Positions 1 to 11,300 of a stretch of 64,000 nt of DNA are shown here, in pieces. The stretch comes from a virus, in IMG/VR virus record IMGVR_UViG_3300016665_000824, positions 32,001 to 96,000 of that record; one strand, written 5' to 3'. Under the pieces are notes generated by a model. The model was not told the origin of the DNA. It searched no databases and saw nothing but the letters and a program-made list of their open reading frames with translations. A program made the translations under genes and the position numbers. Position 1 is the first letter of the stretch. The number at the start of each line of letters is the position of its first letter.

Positions 1-1756
1 ATATTGAGCTAAATACCTGTGGCTTGCTTGAATCGTAATCATAGACCTTTCGGATCACGCTGTTGTAAGCCTCTTCTCCCGCAAAAATAAATTCAGGACG
101 ATTATCGCCAGCCTTCCTTGTTGTAGTTGGCAAATACGGGTTAAATACAGGGCTTTTAGCAAAAGTAAAACAGCTTTTAAAACTACTCTCACTCTTAATC
201 CAAAAAGGTTCGGAGTCGGTCGGACTAGCAGTAATAATGCCTACAACATATTCAGGATCGATAACCGTAGTGCCATTTTGAGTGATATACGAGGGAGGAA
301 TATTTCCCCTAGCCACAATGTCTTGGGGAATATCAGTGTATTTTTGGACTTCAATCTGAAATGGGAAAGGAGTAGATACGGGATACAGCGATCGTATAGG
401 CGCAATCTCAAAGCCAGACCTCCCGTTAATTGGAATCTTTTTCCAGTCACAAAGCTCGGCTGCATAGCGAGATGTATTGTAAACATTGTCAGAAACTGCG
501 GGTGGAGTACTGTATATGGACTCGTACTTACCTTCCGTCTCTTTTTGGAGTCGGACGTACTTCCATCCACGAATCGTTGTGCCAATTAAATATTTGGCAT
601 TGTCAAGAATGGTCTGAAACCCATTCCCTTTCAGTACATTTGCCGAGTCTGGGTTAATATAAATTGGCGCTACTCTACCTGTGGAGGTGGCGTAAACATT
701 GAAATAGGCAAGAATAGAAGAATATTCATAGGTTACTTCTTGTTCTTCAACCTGAGTCCACCATAAGCTAGGAGAACCATTTAGTTTTAAAACGGTTCTT
801 TTACCCTCGATTGTCCCAAACTCAGCGACATCTACTGCCCTAAATTTATATCCGTAAATACGAGTTAATTCGCTCTGAACAACGCCATCGACAATTACGG
901 TGCGAGTATAAACTTTCTTAGGTCCCGATACGTCAAAATTCATATCAAGCGACTTAAGCGTTCCACTTGCTTCTTTAGATGAAAGTTGACTAGCATCGTC
1001 CCCAGTGTCGCCACCTCCATTCTGGATAACAATTTCTGTTTGAGGGGAAATTGGTAAAAGCAATTTATCTTCTTGGTCGAAAGGATCTTTGGAGAACTTA
1101 CCTGTGATCGCCACGTTGTCGATAATTGGCAGTACAGGACTGCGCTTCCTGCTCCCGTCATCGACGACCAAGTAATCGGGGAAAGCCCAAGAGCCAACCC
1201 CATCTATAGGAAGCATCTTTACAGCATCAACATCAGAAAACCGAACAAAACATCCTAGTCTGCGGCAGTTAGTTTTTAAGATCTCTTCAAAGGTTGTTTC
1301 GAGATTATCTGGGGAGAAAAATATTGCAGGTCCAGAGTAGGCAATACCTAGAAACGCGGCGATCGCTGCCACATTTACGCCAGTGGCATATTTAAACCTT
1401 GAAAAATTATCAGGTTGCACGAACGGGCTAACACTAAACTTTCTCTGGCACTTGGCTTTCCACTTTGAATCAAGGTTGACCACAACCTCATAGGTTTCAA
1501 TATCTCCACGACCATGACGTGATCGCTTGATCGACACCCCACTCGGCATCACGATAAAGCCAATGCCTTCGATATTTACAGTCGTTAAGTTTGGGTATGC
1601 AGTGGCGATCGTATTGGCAAGATCTAAAGTACACCCCTTATAAGTGATCGTCCCCGAAGGATAGTCTTCTAGCTTGTCAGACCACTGCAAATTACCTACT
1701 TGTAGCGGGTAGGGCAATTGAGGGTAACTCGTAAGCTGTTGAGAGATCGTAGGCAT
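1..1756 (-). CDS. Virion structural protein, tail fiber/baseplate-like; 3' partial, continues beyond window start
   Basis: Open minus-strand frame from ATG at 1756 to window edge, not in ORF track because no stop in window; TAATG stop/start overlap with upstream ORF; Ser/Thr/Gly/Asn-rich beta-type composition. Confidence 0.5.
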   Translation of the reverse strand, partial: MPTISQQLTSYPQLPYPLQVGNLQWSDKLEDYPSGTITYKGCTLDLANTIATAYPNLTTVNIEGIGFIVMPSGVSIKRSRHGRGDIETYEVVVNLDSKWKAKCQRKFSVSPFVQPDNFSRFKYATGVNVAAIAAFLGIAYSGPAIFFSPDNLETTFEEILKTNCRRLGCFVRFSDVDAVKMLPIDGVGSWAFPDYLVVDDGSRKRSPVLPIIDNVAITGKFSKDPFDQEDKLLLPISPQTEIVIQNGGGDTGDDASQLSSKEASGTLKSLDMNFDVSGPKKVYTRTVIVDGVVQSELTRIYGYKFRAVDVAEFGTIEGKRTVLKLNGSPSLWWTQVEEQEVTYEYSSILAYFNVYATSTGRVAPIYINPDSANVLKGNGFQTILDNAKYLIGTTIRGWKYVRLQKETEGKYESIYSTPPAVSDNVYNTSRYAAELCDWKKIPINGRSGFEIAPIRSLYPVSTPFPFQIEVQKYTDIPQDIVARGNIPPSYITQNGTTVIDPEYVVGIITASPTDSEPFWIKSESSFKSCFTFAKSPVFNPYLPTTTRKAGDNRPEFIFAGEEAYNSVIRKVYDYDSSKPQVFSSI

Positions 1757-2124
1757 TAGCTAACTTCACCACCTGAAATCTTGACATCGGAAAAATATGC
1801 GTAGCCATGCCCAAGAAATCGACTATCCACAGAGTCAAAGGAATAATAGTCGTCCTGAACTTTATAGCTTGATATTTCTAGTTCAATCCCAGCTTGCCCC
1901 AACTGCTTTTTTTCTGGTACTAAAGCCTCGGAGTCTACTGGGTAGCGCTTAAGCTCGGTGTCCTTGAGTATTCTGAGTTTCAATTTATTTGATAGAGATC
2001 GCTGCATTGATGACCCCAAAATTCTCTTTACAGGCTTGCATATTATGACCACTGCTTTTCTCTTTGTGTCATTCTTGCGATCGCTAAGCATTGTAGGTAA
2101 TACTGCCAACCGTCTGCCTGCCAT
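1756..2124 (-). CDS. Hypothetical protein in structural operon
   Basis: 122-aa ORF coupled to flanking minus-strand genes. Confidence 0.4.
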   Translation of the reverse strand: MAGRRLAVLPTMLSDRKNDTKRKAVVIICKPVKRILGSSMQRSLSNKLKLRILKDTELKRYPVDSEALVPEKKQLGQAGIELEISSYKVQDDYYSFDSVDSRFLGHGYAYFSDVKISGGEVS

Positions 2125-2935
2125 TTACAGGGGAAGGCTGTTCAACCTGAGATCCCGCAAACAATGCCATTGGCATGTATAGCGTCACATATTTTTCATC
2201 GTCGGATAAAAATTCGTAGACTTCGGGCGATCGCATGTTTAAAGCCCTCAAATAAGTACGCCCCGCAAAGTCAGAAACGAGTGTAAATTCTGGTAGTTCA
2301 TAAGTAGCGATCGCGGCGACAGGCTCCAACGTTAAATCTTGATGTAAATGTAGCATTGTTGCGCCCGTAGGGAATGGGGCTGTCGGATAGACAAAGATTG
2401 CATCGGTATCAACACCATAGGTTCCTACTACGCCGAGAGTTGGCGAGTACGGGAACGAGATGCCGTCTACGGCAATGGGGCTGGGACTAGTGAATGTACC
2501 CCATGTCGAAGTGTCGATACGATATACGTTTGCATTGTTTGTGGCGATCGCAGTGGCAGACACTGCCATATCTACTGAGATACTGACTGCTTTACTGCCT
2601 TCATATATGTGGACAGTGTTGGAATCAGTATTGAACCAAAATGAATGCGGTACAGCGAGCTTTGGTTCAACTTCATTTGAGCCAGCCACCGATACCGCTT
2701 CGACGGTGAACGGGAAGGTATGGCGGTAGTGAACACCCGAATAAATAGGGTTGACTGCGTGATAAACGACAGGTTGCAACCCGATCGCATTGGCATAAAG
2801 TACGGTGTAGTTACAACTGGCGATCGGAGCCATGCTGCGTGATGAGCCTTGCCATAACCTCATGACACTAGTACTGGTTTGTGATGGACTAGGTAGTGCG
2901 GTAGTAGGCAAGTCGTTGGACACGAGTTTAAACAT
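2084..2935 (-). CDS. Putative tail/baseplate structural protein
   Basis: 283-aa ORF; 16-bp palindrome immediately upstream of ATG; context downstream of giant tape-measure-like gene. Confidence 0.5.
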   Translation of the reverse strand: MFKLVSNDLPTTALPSPSQTSTSVMRLWQGSSRSMAPIASCNYTVLYANAIGLQPVVYHAVNPIYSGVHYRHTFPFTVEAVSVAGSNEVEPKLAVPHSFWFNTDSNTVHIYEGSKAVSISVDMAVSATAIATNNANVYRIDTSTWGTFTSPSPIAVDGISFPYSPTLGVVGTYGVDTDAIFVYPTAPFPTGATMLHLHQDLTLEPVAAIATYELPEFTLVSDFAGRTYLRALNMRSPEVYEFLSDDEKYVTLYMPMALFAGSQVEQPSPVNGRQTVGSITYNA

Positions 2936-2951
2936 AATTCAGATCTGAATT
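2936..2951. repeat. Perfect 16-bp palindrome AATTCAGATCTGAATT filling the intergenic gap before an ATG
   Basis: Member of ATTCAGATC[TG]GAAT family, also at 28783-28798, 36955-36969, 43314-43329, 53273-53290. Confidence 0.6.
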
Positions 2952-4403
2952 TTAATAATTCCAGTCAAGGGATTCGTAAACCAGAGTCATCGACTCGATC
3001 AGCTTCTCCGCGCCGACAAAGTATTCCTTCCCAGACGGCGTAGCGCCAATCAGGTAACAGTTTCTCAGTGTCGCGCCAAGCAAGCTAATTGTTCTCACTG
3101 CGGGGGTAGATCCTTTTGACAGGGCGGTGCGAGATGCGTTAGCTAGCGATCGCCATGCAATCACATCACTCGCTTTAACCCCTGACAACCCCAATGTTAC
3201 TGATTGGCGAGCGAGGGCTACCTGTGTTTGCACTCCATTGCGATTAAGGAGGATCTGTGAGTTATCGGCATCGGCAAAAGAGATCGAATCAACCTCATAG
3301 CCATCGAAGAAGTTTGCTGCGCCCGCACCCGTTTGATCGTAAGACCAATATTTGCTGATAAATTCAAGCTGGGTTGATGCTCGTATTTCCCGCCCGCTTA
3401 CGGTTACGGTTTCTGAAGGAGTGACATTAGTAAGAATTGCCGAGGGGATTGTGTAGCCAGCAACAGTTAACGAGATGACTTCAGGATTAAGAGCATCGGC
3501 AACATTTTCGACCTTGTGGATATAGTTGACTGCATATTCTGCGGGTGTGCCAATTACCGAGAAGGATATCCGCCGCTTAAAGGTTGGGACTTCGCGACGA
3601 CCCGAACCTGCTTGGTTAATTACAAATATCTTTGTATCAGCGCCAACATTAATATTCGCGATCGGGTAGCCATCGAAAGTCCCCTGAGAGAATGGGACAT
3701 CATAATTTCGAGTTTCATATTCAAGCACCAGTGCATCACTAATTTTGCCCAGCCCCGTAGTAATCGAAGCGGTCGGTGTTACTGATGTCAGTACTGCATT
3801 ACTTAAAGTAATACCGCCAATAGTAATGTCTTCAGTTAGTGGCGCAAGCAGGTCTGTATTCAGTAAGTTTAAAAATTTCTGATAGTCGGCTGGTGAAGTA
3901 CCTTTCAGGGTAATCGTCACCTTGCGGCGCTTAACTACGGCAGTACGAACTATGCCTGCATCGGCATACTGGACGCTAATCGAATCACCATCACCGAACT
4001 GAACCCCGTCTAACTCGACCGTATAACCTTTAAAGTGGTCGAAGGCTACACCATGCGTCCAAGTATTACTTTCGTAGAGCAGTCTTAAAGTCTCAACTAT
4101 TTGAGCTTCACCTACCTGCAAAATACCCGTTATTTCTGCGGAGACAAGGCGACATCCCGACAAACTGCGTCCACCATAGGAGATACTGTCACGGAGATCA
4201 GATCCTGCTTCTGCTGCGGACTGATAGTAAAGAACGTCGGCATCTGAGACCCCAGTAATGGTTATCCCGATGTTTGGGCGATAAGCCTTGAATTTTTGGA
4301 GCGTAGACCCGTCCTGCTTGGTGAATTCCCTAGACTCCGCCTCGCCAAACTGAATACCATCTGGCGCGATCGCAAATCCATCAAATTGTAAAAGCGAAAT
4401 CAT
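2952..4403 (-). CDS. Putative tail/baseplate structural protein
   Basis: 483-aa ORF, beta-rich composition, first large gene after tape-measure-like gene. Confidence 0.5.
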   Translation of the reverse strand: MISLLQFDGFAIAPDGIQFGEAESREFTKQDGSTLQKFKAYRPNIGITITGVSDADVLYYQSAAEAGSDLRDSISYGGRSLSGCRLVSAEITGILQVGEAQIVETLRLLYESNTWTHGVAFDHFKGYTVELDGVQFGDGDSISVQYADAGIVRTAVVKRRKVTITLKGTSPADYQKFLNLLNTDLLAPLTEDITIGGITLSNAVLTSVTPTASITTGLGKISDALVLEYETRNYDVPFSQGTFDGYPIANINVGADTKIFVINQAGSGRREVPTFKRRISFSVIGTPAEYAVNYIHKVENVADALNPEVISLTVAGYTIPSAILTNVTPSETVTVSGREIRASTQLEFISKYWSYDQTGAGAANFFDGYEVDSISFADADNSQILLNRNGVQTQVALARQSVTLGLSGVKASDVIAWRSLANASRTALSKGSTPAVRTISLLGATLRNCYLIGATPSGKEYFVGAEKLIESMTLVYESLDWNY

Positions 4404-4472
4404 TGGCGCATCAAAAAGGCGATCGCTTTATTTAATGTGCGATCGCCTTTTTGATATTTAATTGTTGCGGAA

Positions 4473-4715
4473 TTAGGAAGCCTTGAGACCCTCCAATACG
4501 ATCTGAGATTCTTCGAGCATCTGACGATCGCCTGTTCGCTGGCAGATATAAAAATAGCTGTCAGCATCATAATCATATAAACGCCGCTTGATCGTATAAG
4601 ACTTATTGGCGTACAAAATCCTTGTTCCTAGTTGGTATTTGGGAATTCCAATCGCGTAGCTTGCACTTTTTGCTGTCATATTGTGTTCGTGGGGATATCG
4701 CCACAAATCTACCAC
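4473..4715 (-). CDS. Small hypothetical protein (GTG start, or ATG at 4679)
   Basis: 80-aa ORF; start overlaps CCACAAA operator-like element. Confidence 0.3.
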   Translation of the reverse strand: MVDLWRYPHEHNMTAKSASYAIGIPKYQLGTRILYANKSYTIKRRLYDYDADSYFYICQRTGDRQMLEESQIVLEGLKAS

Positions 4716-4718
4716 AAA
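4699..4718 (+). promoter_or_regulatory. Operator-like direct repeat CGCCACAAATCTACCACAAA
   Basis: Two CCACAAA half-sites 11 bp apart, ~68 nt upstream of 4788 ATG; 19/20 identical to 27933-27952. Confidence 0.5.
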
Positions 4719-4787
4719 AATAGGTTAAAATAATTTATTCGCCGCAGCGTTGTAGCGCTCGGCGTGTGAATCACCAACCATAACTTA

Positions 4788-5321
4788 GTGACTACACATA
4801 TGATACGAGCAATTCGTGCAATCGTCGAGCTTGATGATTTTTCTTTCGATGCGTACCAAATGCCAGACGGTGAAAAGCGCATTGGGTTTTTGGGAGCTTC
4901 CAACGTTTTAGGCTATGCTGACAACTGGTTGGGCAGGTTACATAAAGGCGATTCTCGGCAGCTAAAGGCTATACAGGGTATGGGTTATAGCGGCTTACAA
5001 ACCGAGGTCGAAATCATTCAACGGGGTAGGGAGATTAGCGCCTACGGGACTCGTGCAAATACTATCTCTCTTCGGGATTTTATTAAACTTGTAACTTATG
5101 AGGCTATCAAGAAAACAAATACCCGCGCAATTACTATTCTTGCCTCAATGGCTGAGTTTGGTTTTGAGCAAGTCATTGACATGGCTTTTGCTGGCAACCC
5201 AATGGATGAAATCCTTTCAAAGATCGTTCACTTTAGTCTATGGACTCAAGAAGAATGGGAGCAAGCTTTGGCGGATAACAGGGAAGACTTAGCTAATTTG
5301 CGACTTGGGATGTGGCGATAA
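4788..5321 (+). CDS. Accessory (moron-like) protein, unknown function
   Basis: 177-aa ORF on opposite strand between structural genes; preceded by CCACAAA direct-repeat element; convergent with giant ORF. Confidence 0.55.
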   Translation: MTTHMIRAIRAIVELDDFSFDAYQMPDGEKRIGFLGASNVLGYADNWLGRLHKGDSRQLKAIQGMGYSGLQTEVEIIQRGREISAYGTRANTISLRDFIKLVTYEAIKKTNTRAITILASMAEFGFEQVIDMAFAGNPMDEILSKIVHFSLWTQEEWEQALADNREDLANLRLGMWR

Positions 5322-5352
5322 GGTAACAAGGACTTGAGTCCTTGTTACCTTA
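5319..5352. terminator. Strong hairpin (15-bp stem, 4-nt loop) spanning the stop codons of two convergent genes
   Basis: TAAGGTAACAAGGAC-TTGA-GTCCTTGTTACCTTA; no flanking U-tract. Confidence 0.45.
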
Positions 5353-8300
5353 CTCCGCTAGTAACACCCGCTACTCGTCTCAAGACATTATTAAGCGTGT
5401 CATTAACAGCCTTCTGGACATCATTGCCCACACCCGCCGCAGAACTAATGTTGCTTTGAGTATTGATAGCGATCGGGGCATTAACCGTAATATTTCCACT
5501 TGTACCCAGAGCCGCACCCGTAGGATTGCCCTGTTGCTGAGGAACAAGATCTTTACCGCCAAGACTACCGAAAGCCTGCGCCAATGCCTCCGCTCTTTGA
5601 AGTTGTCCTTCGTCAAGCAAGGCGATCGGCTTGTCGAGTTTCTTCTGGGCTTCCTCAAATGCCTTGTCGTCGATCTTCAATGTCACGGGGTTCTCGGAGA
5701 TTTGCTTCGACACACGGTTAAATTCCGCTTCCAGTCCTGCGGTTAAATCTTTAACCTTGAGATCTGGGGCAACCAACACCTTGGAGAAGCCTTCATCGAT
5801 TTGCTGAGTTAACTTGTCGAACGAAGACGCGATCGCCTGTTCTGGCTTTGCTTCCTCCGTAGGTTTGCCACCGTACTTAGCGTTAAGCTCCTCAAACGAG
5901 TTGGCTTGAGCAGGATACTTCTTGTTAAGCTCCTCAAAGCTGCCTGCCATGCCCTTGTCGGGATATTTCTTGGCTAACTCCTCAAAGCTAGTAGCGAACG
6001 GTGCGTTATCAGGCTTTGGTTCGGGTGCAGCCGTAAATACTCCGCCCTGCTCAACCTGCCCAAGCAATGCCGAGGTGGGGTTCTTAAACGAAGCACCGCG
6101 AACATTAACAGGTTGGCTTGCCGCAGCCACAGCATTACTTACATCCGTGGTAGTCAATGCTGCTGTACCCGTATTTTGAGTTAAGCGAGCAAGCTGCTCT
6201 CGTTGTAGGCGCTCTTGCAGCGCAGGATCTCTAGTTGCGCCAATAACATCGCCGATCGCCGTATTAGTTTCGCCTTGCTGTTTATTGGCAAGAGCTTGAC
6301 GATCATTCTTGTTGACAATCTCGTTAACCTTGGCTTCGTCGGCAATGAAACCCTTTTCTTGCTGCAATCCACCCAATTCAAGAAAGTTCTTCTCCTGTCC
6401 AAGCTTGGCTTGAGCAAGTTTAAGCTTCGCCTCTTCGGACTGGGGACGTAGTTTAACCTCCAACTCGGCGGCTTTGATAGCAGCATCCTGTGAGGCAATG
6501 TCCACCTTCTTCTTGGCGATCGCGATTTCATTTTCGACCTTCTTGCGTTCAAGCAATAGGTCACGCTTCTGGATTTCCCGCTCCAAGGACTCGGCTTCAA
6601 ACTTTTGCTGTTGCTTGAGGGAATTAAGCTTAAGAACGGCAAGTTTTTCCGCAAGAATCAGCTTTTTCTCTTCGAGTTCGAGATCGGCAAAGTTGCCCTG
6701 ACCACCTGCGGCACGGATGGCAGCTTGTTGGCGATCGTAGATCTTGTTGAGAGCAGCAAACTCTGACTCGCGTAATGCCACTGTAGACTGGGCAAGTTTA
6801 TTTGCCGACTCGGATAGGCGGCTTTGATTCTCAAGCCCCTTTTCTAGTGCGGTGAATAATAGTTTTTGACGTTCAAGCTTGAGGTTTTGCTGCTCAATCG
6901 TGACCGCATACTTTTGTGATTCCAAGACTAGGCGATCGCGCACTGCGGAAACTAATCCTTCAATCGCCGCGAGTTCGGCTTCAGCGAGCTGTTTGGATAG
7001 TTCAGCAACCTTGATTAGATTAGCGTTCTTAGTTTCCTTGCTAACACCAACGCCCTTCTTCTCAAGATCGGCGATCGCCTTCTGCTTTTGTTGTTCGAGT
7101 TGCAGCTCTAAAGTGATACTGCGTTTACGTTCGGCAGTTTCTTGAAGCTTAATTTCAGATTCAAGCTTAATTCCCGACTTGCGGAGTTGAGCTATCTGAG
7201 CAAGACGCTGAGTCTCGCCAACCTTTTCGGCGGCAAGGGTCTCCTTAATCTGTGCATCCAATCCCTTAACAAAGCGCTCGGAACGGGCTTTGGCTATTTT
7301 TGCCTCAGCGTCCTTCCGTTTGTTGTCGGCATCCTCTTCTAATCGCGCTTTCTGGGCGGCGGTAGCCTTAACTAGATCAAGCTCTTTTTTGTTTGCGTCA
7401 GCAATAGAGTTTTTCGCCAAGTTTTGACGTTCGGCATCTGGCTTTGCGATTGAGGAAAGTTGATCCCTCTTTGTCTGCAACGTCCGAAGTTCAGACTCTT
7501 TCTTGGCGATCGCGTCCTGTTCCGCCTTGATCTGTGCGGTGTACTCCGAGGAATTAAAAAATGGCGCGTCTTTTACGGTGTTGAATCGCTGTAATGTCTC
7601 CGCATTCCCAGCTTTCAGACTAGACAAGGCTTTTTCCCCATCTTCAATCTGCTTCGTAATTCCCTCTAGCTGTCCCTGAGTATCCTCTGACAACTTTAAG
7701 GTGCTATCCAAGGTTCCTTTCTGGCTCTGGAGGCTATTAAGTCTTGATTGCAACACAGCAAGCTCGTCCGTTACTTTCTTAACGTCCTCGGCAGCGTTAT
7801 CTCCCGCAACACCCGTACTTATAGACTCTTGGAGAGCCTTCTTCCTTGCCTCTGCATCTTTGATCTGTTGACTGGTATCGTCGATCTTTCCTTGCAAGAC
7901 AGGAGCTTGAGCTTCCCTGACCTGCCGTATCTTTGAAGGATCTCCAGTTGCAGCAGCTAACTGCGCTTCCGCCAACTCGCGATCGCGCTTAATCTGTTGT
8001 TTCTGCTCATTAGCGTTGGTCTCCAAGATCTGCTGTCTTGCTCTTAGAGCCTTTTGATCGGCTTCAGACTGGGCTTGAATCTTCTTCTCCTCTAATTGTC
8101 CAGAGAGGGCGATCGATTCAGACTCAGAGATTCGCCCCGTGGCGAGCAAAGCTTGAATCTGGGAAAGTTGAGCGTCATAAATAGCTATGCGGCGATCCGC
8201 CTCCTTTTTGTACGCGGCAGTAATCGCTTCTTGAGCCTTTATCTGTAAATCGCGATCGGCAGAGACATTCGTAGCTACTTTTTGAAACGCTCCCGCAACT

Positions 8301-11300
8301 TCGTCTGCACGGAGAATCCCTGCATCTTGAAGGGCGTTAGCCGTTTCAAGCAACTCGCCCAACTTCGCCTTAAATAGCGCAGGATCTCCCGCAGACTTGT
8401 TTAAAGCGTCAAGGGCTGCATTATATTTTGAAGTTGCCTGCTCGATCGCATTACCAATACGAGGAAGATCAATAGCCTGAATTTGCAGGTTTACCGACTT
8501 GTAGGATTCTTGAAGTTTTCTAAGGGCTTCAAGTTCTCGATCTCTTTCTGCGTCTAAACCTTCTACAGCTTGAACCTGATTAATGATTGCCTCGATATTG
8601 TTGTTTCTTTCGGCGATCTCCTTCTTCTTATTCTCGATCTGAATATCAAAACGCGCAGCACCATCTTTGTCGCTTAGCGCTTCCGCCTTGGACTTTTCCT
8701 GCTCTAATTTAATTAAATCCTCTTGGAGTTTCTTCTGAGCAGACAGTCCTATTCCTAGATCAACCCGCCGAGAAGCTGACTGATTTAAGACGTTTTTATT
8801 ATCTTGCAATCTTATTTGGACGGCTTTCTCTTCAAGATTTCCTGCGCGATCGCCTAGACCTAACTTGTCGGAAGCGCCAAACGTTACCGTTCTTAGCCCC
8901 TCTCTTGCCGCGTCACCTGTAAGAGCAAAACCTTCTGTAACGCGAGTACCAATATTGTCTCTCTCTTTTTTAACCTTCTCCCTCAACGCGTCTTCGGAGT
9001 TGGTTGGTTTGCTTTGTAATCCCCTCAACTCTTTGAGTTTTGCGAGCTGTTGATCATACAGCTTTAAAGTGGGGTCATCTTGGAGGATGCTCTTGTCTTG
9101 GATTGAGGCAACATATTTTTCGCGTTCTGAGGTTAGGTTTGCTAGCTCAGAAGCGGCATCCTTTCCTTGCGATTTGTTTAGGATCGCAACCCTTGCGTCA
9201 CTATCTTTGAGCGCATCGTTGAGTTTGTCTACATTGGCTGTAGCTGCTTTTGTTTCCTGATCGACGTAGCCAACCAAGGTTGTTATTGCGGCGAAAGCTG
9301 CGCTTAACAATAATGTAGGACCAATTTCTGCGGCGAGGGCGGCGAAGGATTTGCTGATACCTTTGACATTCTCGGAAATAAACGAGGTAGCGCCTACAGC
9401 ACCCTTTTTGAGGTTTGAATAAAGTCCACCGACACTAACGTTCGCGTTTTGAGTGAAATCAGCAAAGCTAGACTTAGCTCGCGAGCCAAAATCTTTGACA
9501 CCAGAAAGAGCATCTTGGAAACCTGTCTTTAACCCAGCACCTAAATTTTTGAGGCTTAAATCGGGGAGAGAAATAGACTTGACTTGATTGACAAACTTAT
9601 CTATAGCGATACGAGAATTAGCCAAAGAAGCGGGAATATTTAGCTCTCTAAAGAACTTATCGAGTCCCAGTCTCGCGTTTGCAAGAGAGGTAGGGACGTT
9701 GATCTGGGAAAATGCTTTTTCAACCCCGTTGCGGAGGTTTACCAGCGAGGCAGGAATGTTGATATTTGCAAAGGCGTTCCGAATGCTAGCTTTAGTATTC
9801 TCAATTTGCGCGGGGAGATTTGCAAAGATACCAGTTTTTTGACTCGAATCCTGACTGAACCTTCCCTTAATGTCAGATATAAAACTACCAATAGAGTCGC
9901 CCAAGGACTTCAAAGAAGTTTTTGTCTTTGTGGCGATCGCTCCAATATCTTCTGCGAACTGTTTTGTGAACGGGACGGGAATTGGATTGGCAATAATCTG
10001 ACTTCGGAGCGACTTGATTCTGTCGGTAGTCTCCTGATAACTTTTAAGAGCCGCCGCACGAGCTTCGGGGGTTAACGACAGATCTGTAGAGTCTTTTTGG
10101 CTCACGATCGCCTGCTGTTTTAGTCCAGAGACCTCTCGTTTAGCGGCGACAACCTGAGTAGGATTTAGAGTCGTTGACTGAACTGGCTTGCCCCCAAGTA
10201 TTTCTCGAACACTATCGTTTAGCTTCTTGATGCGCCCAAAGGTTTCGCCAATACTGGCTCCAGCACCGCTAATTCCCGTGTTAATTGTCTTAAATACATT
10301 GGAGATTGTGCCACCAAACAGCTTGGTAACAGCGATCGCGATTAGCAATCCGCCAACTACTTTTTGAAAAGGATTGGAGTTCTCGCCAAAAGTAAAGAAC
10401 GGCAATATCGTGTCTGCAACCACCTTAATTACTGGTGCTAATACCGACCCTACCGTATCCGCAAACTTACGAATAGCTGCGGTTACATCCTGAATGATTT
10501 TTTGTAGACCTTTGTTCTTCAGGATTAACTGATCGAAGAAGACAAAACCAACAAATGTTCCAGCACCCAACAAGGCTGTTGATACGGCAAAAGACCTTGC
10601 CGCAGCTCCTGCCGCTTTTAATGAATTAGAGAAGATGCTGTTTACTTTCTCGGTATTTGTAGCGACATCGGCAAACTTGCCCAAGCTCTTGGCTGCGTCC
10701 GCAATCAACGGGCTAAACGAGCCAAATAGTTGGGACTTACCAACAATGCCTGAGAAAGCTGTTAAGGCGATCGGCGCTGCCTTCGTAAATCCTTGCAGTG
10801 CGGTTCCTAGCGCAGGAAATGCTTGAGTAAGTCCAATCAGTTTTACCCCAAAGCCACCTAGTGTTGGCAAAGCGGCAGTTATAACTCCCGCGAATGGCGA
10901 GAACGCACCGAGAACTTTGCCCAACTCTTTTTGGACTAAGCCAGCAGCACCAGGGATCTTGTTTAGATTCTCCGCCAACAACAGGAATCCAGCAGACCCT
11001 CGACCGACAACCGAACTTAAATTAGCAAAAGTGTTGACAACCCCGTTAGTACGCTTGTCAAGCAGGAAGAGAACTTCTCCCAAACCTGGTACAAGATTAA
11101 ACATCAACGAGAAGCCTTTGTTTAATGCCCCGATCGCGCCCGAAAGAACTTTTGCGCCGACGGAGATGCCGATCCAAATCCCTCCAAGAGGACCTACAAC
11201 ACCTGCAATTTGTTCAAACACATTAATAGCTGGCTGAACAACAGCAAGAGTAAGGCTCATCGCATCGGAAAAAGCCTTTACTGCGCCAGCGAGAGACTTG

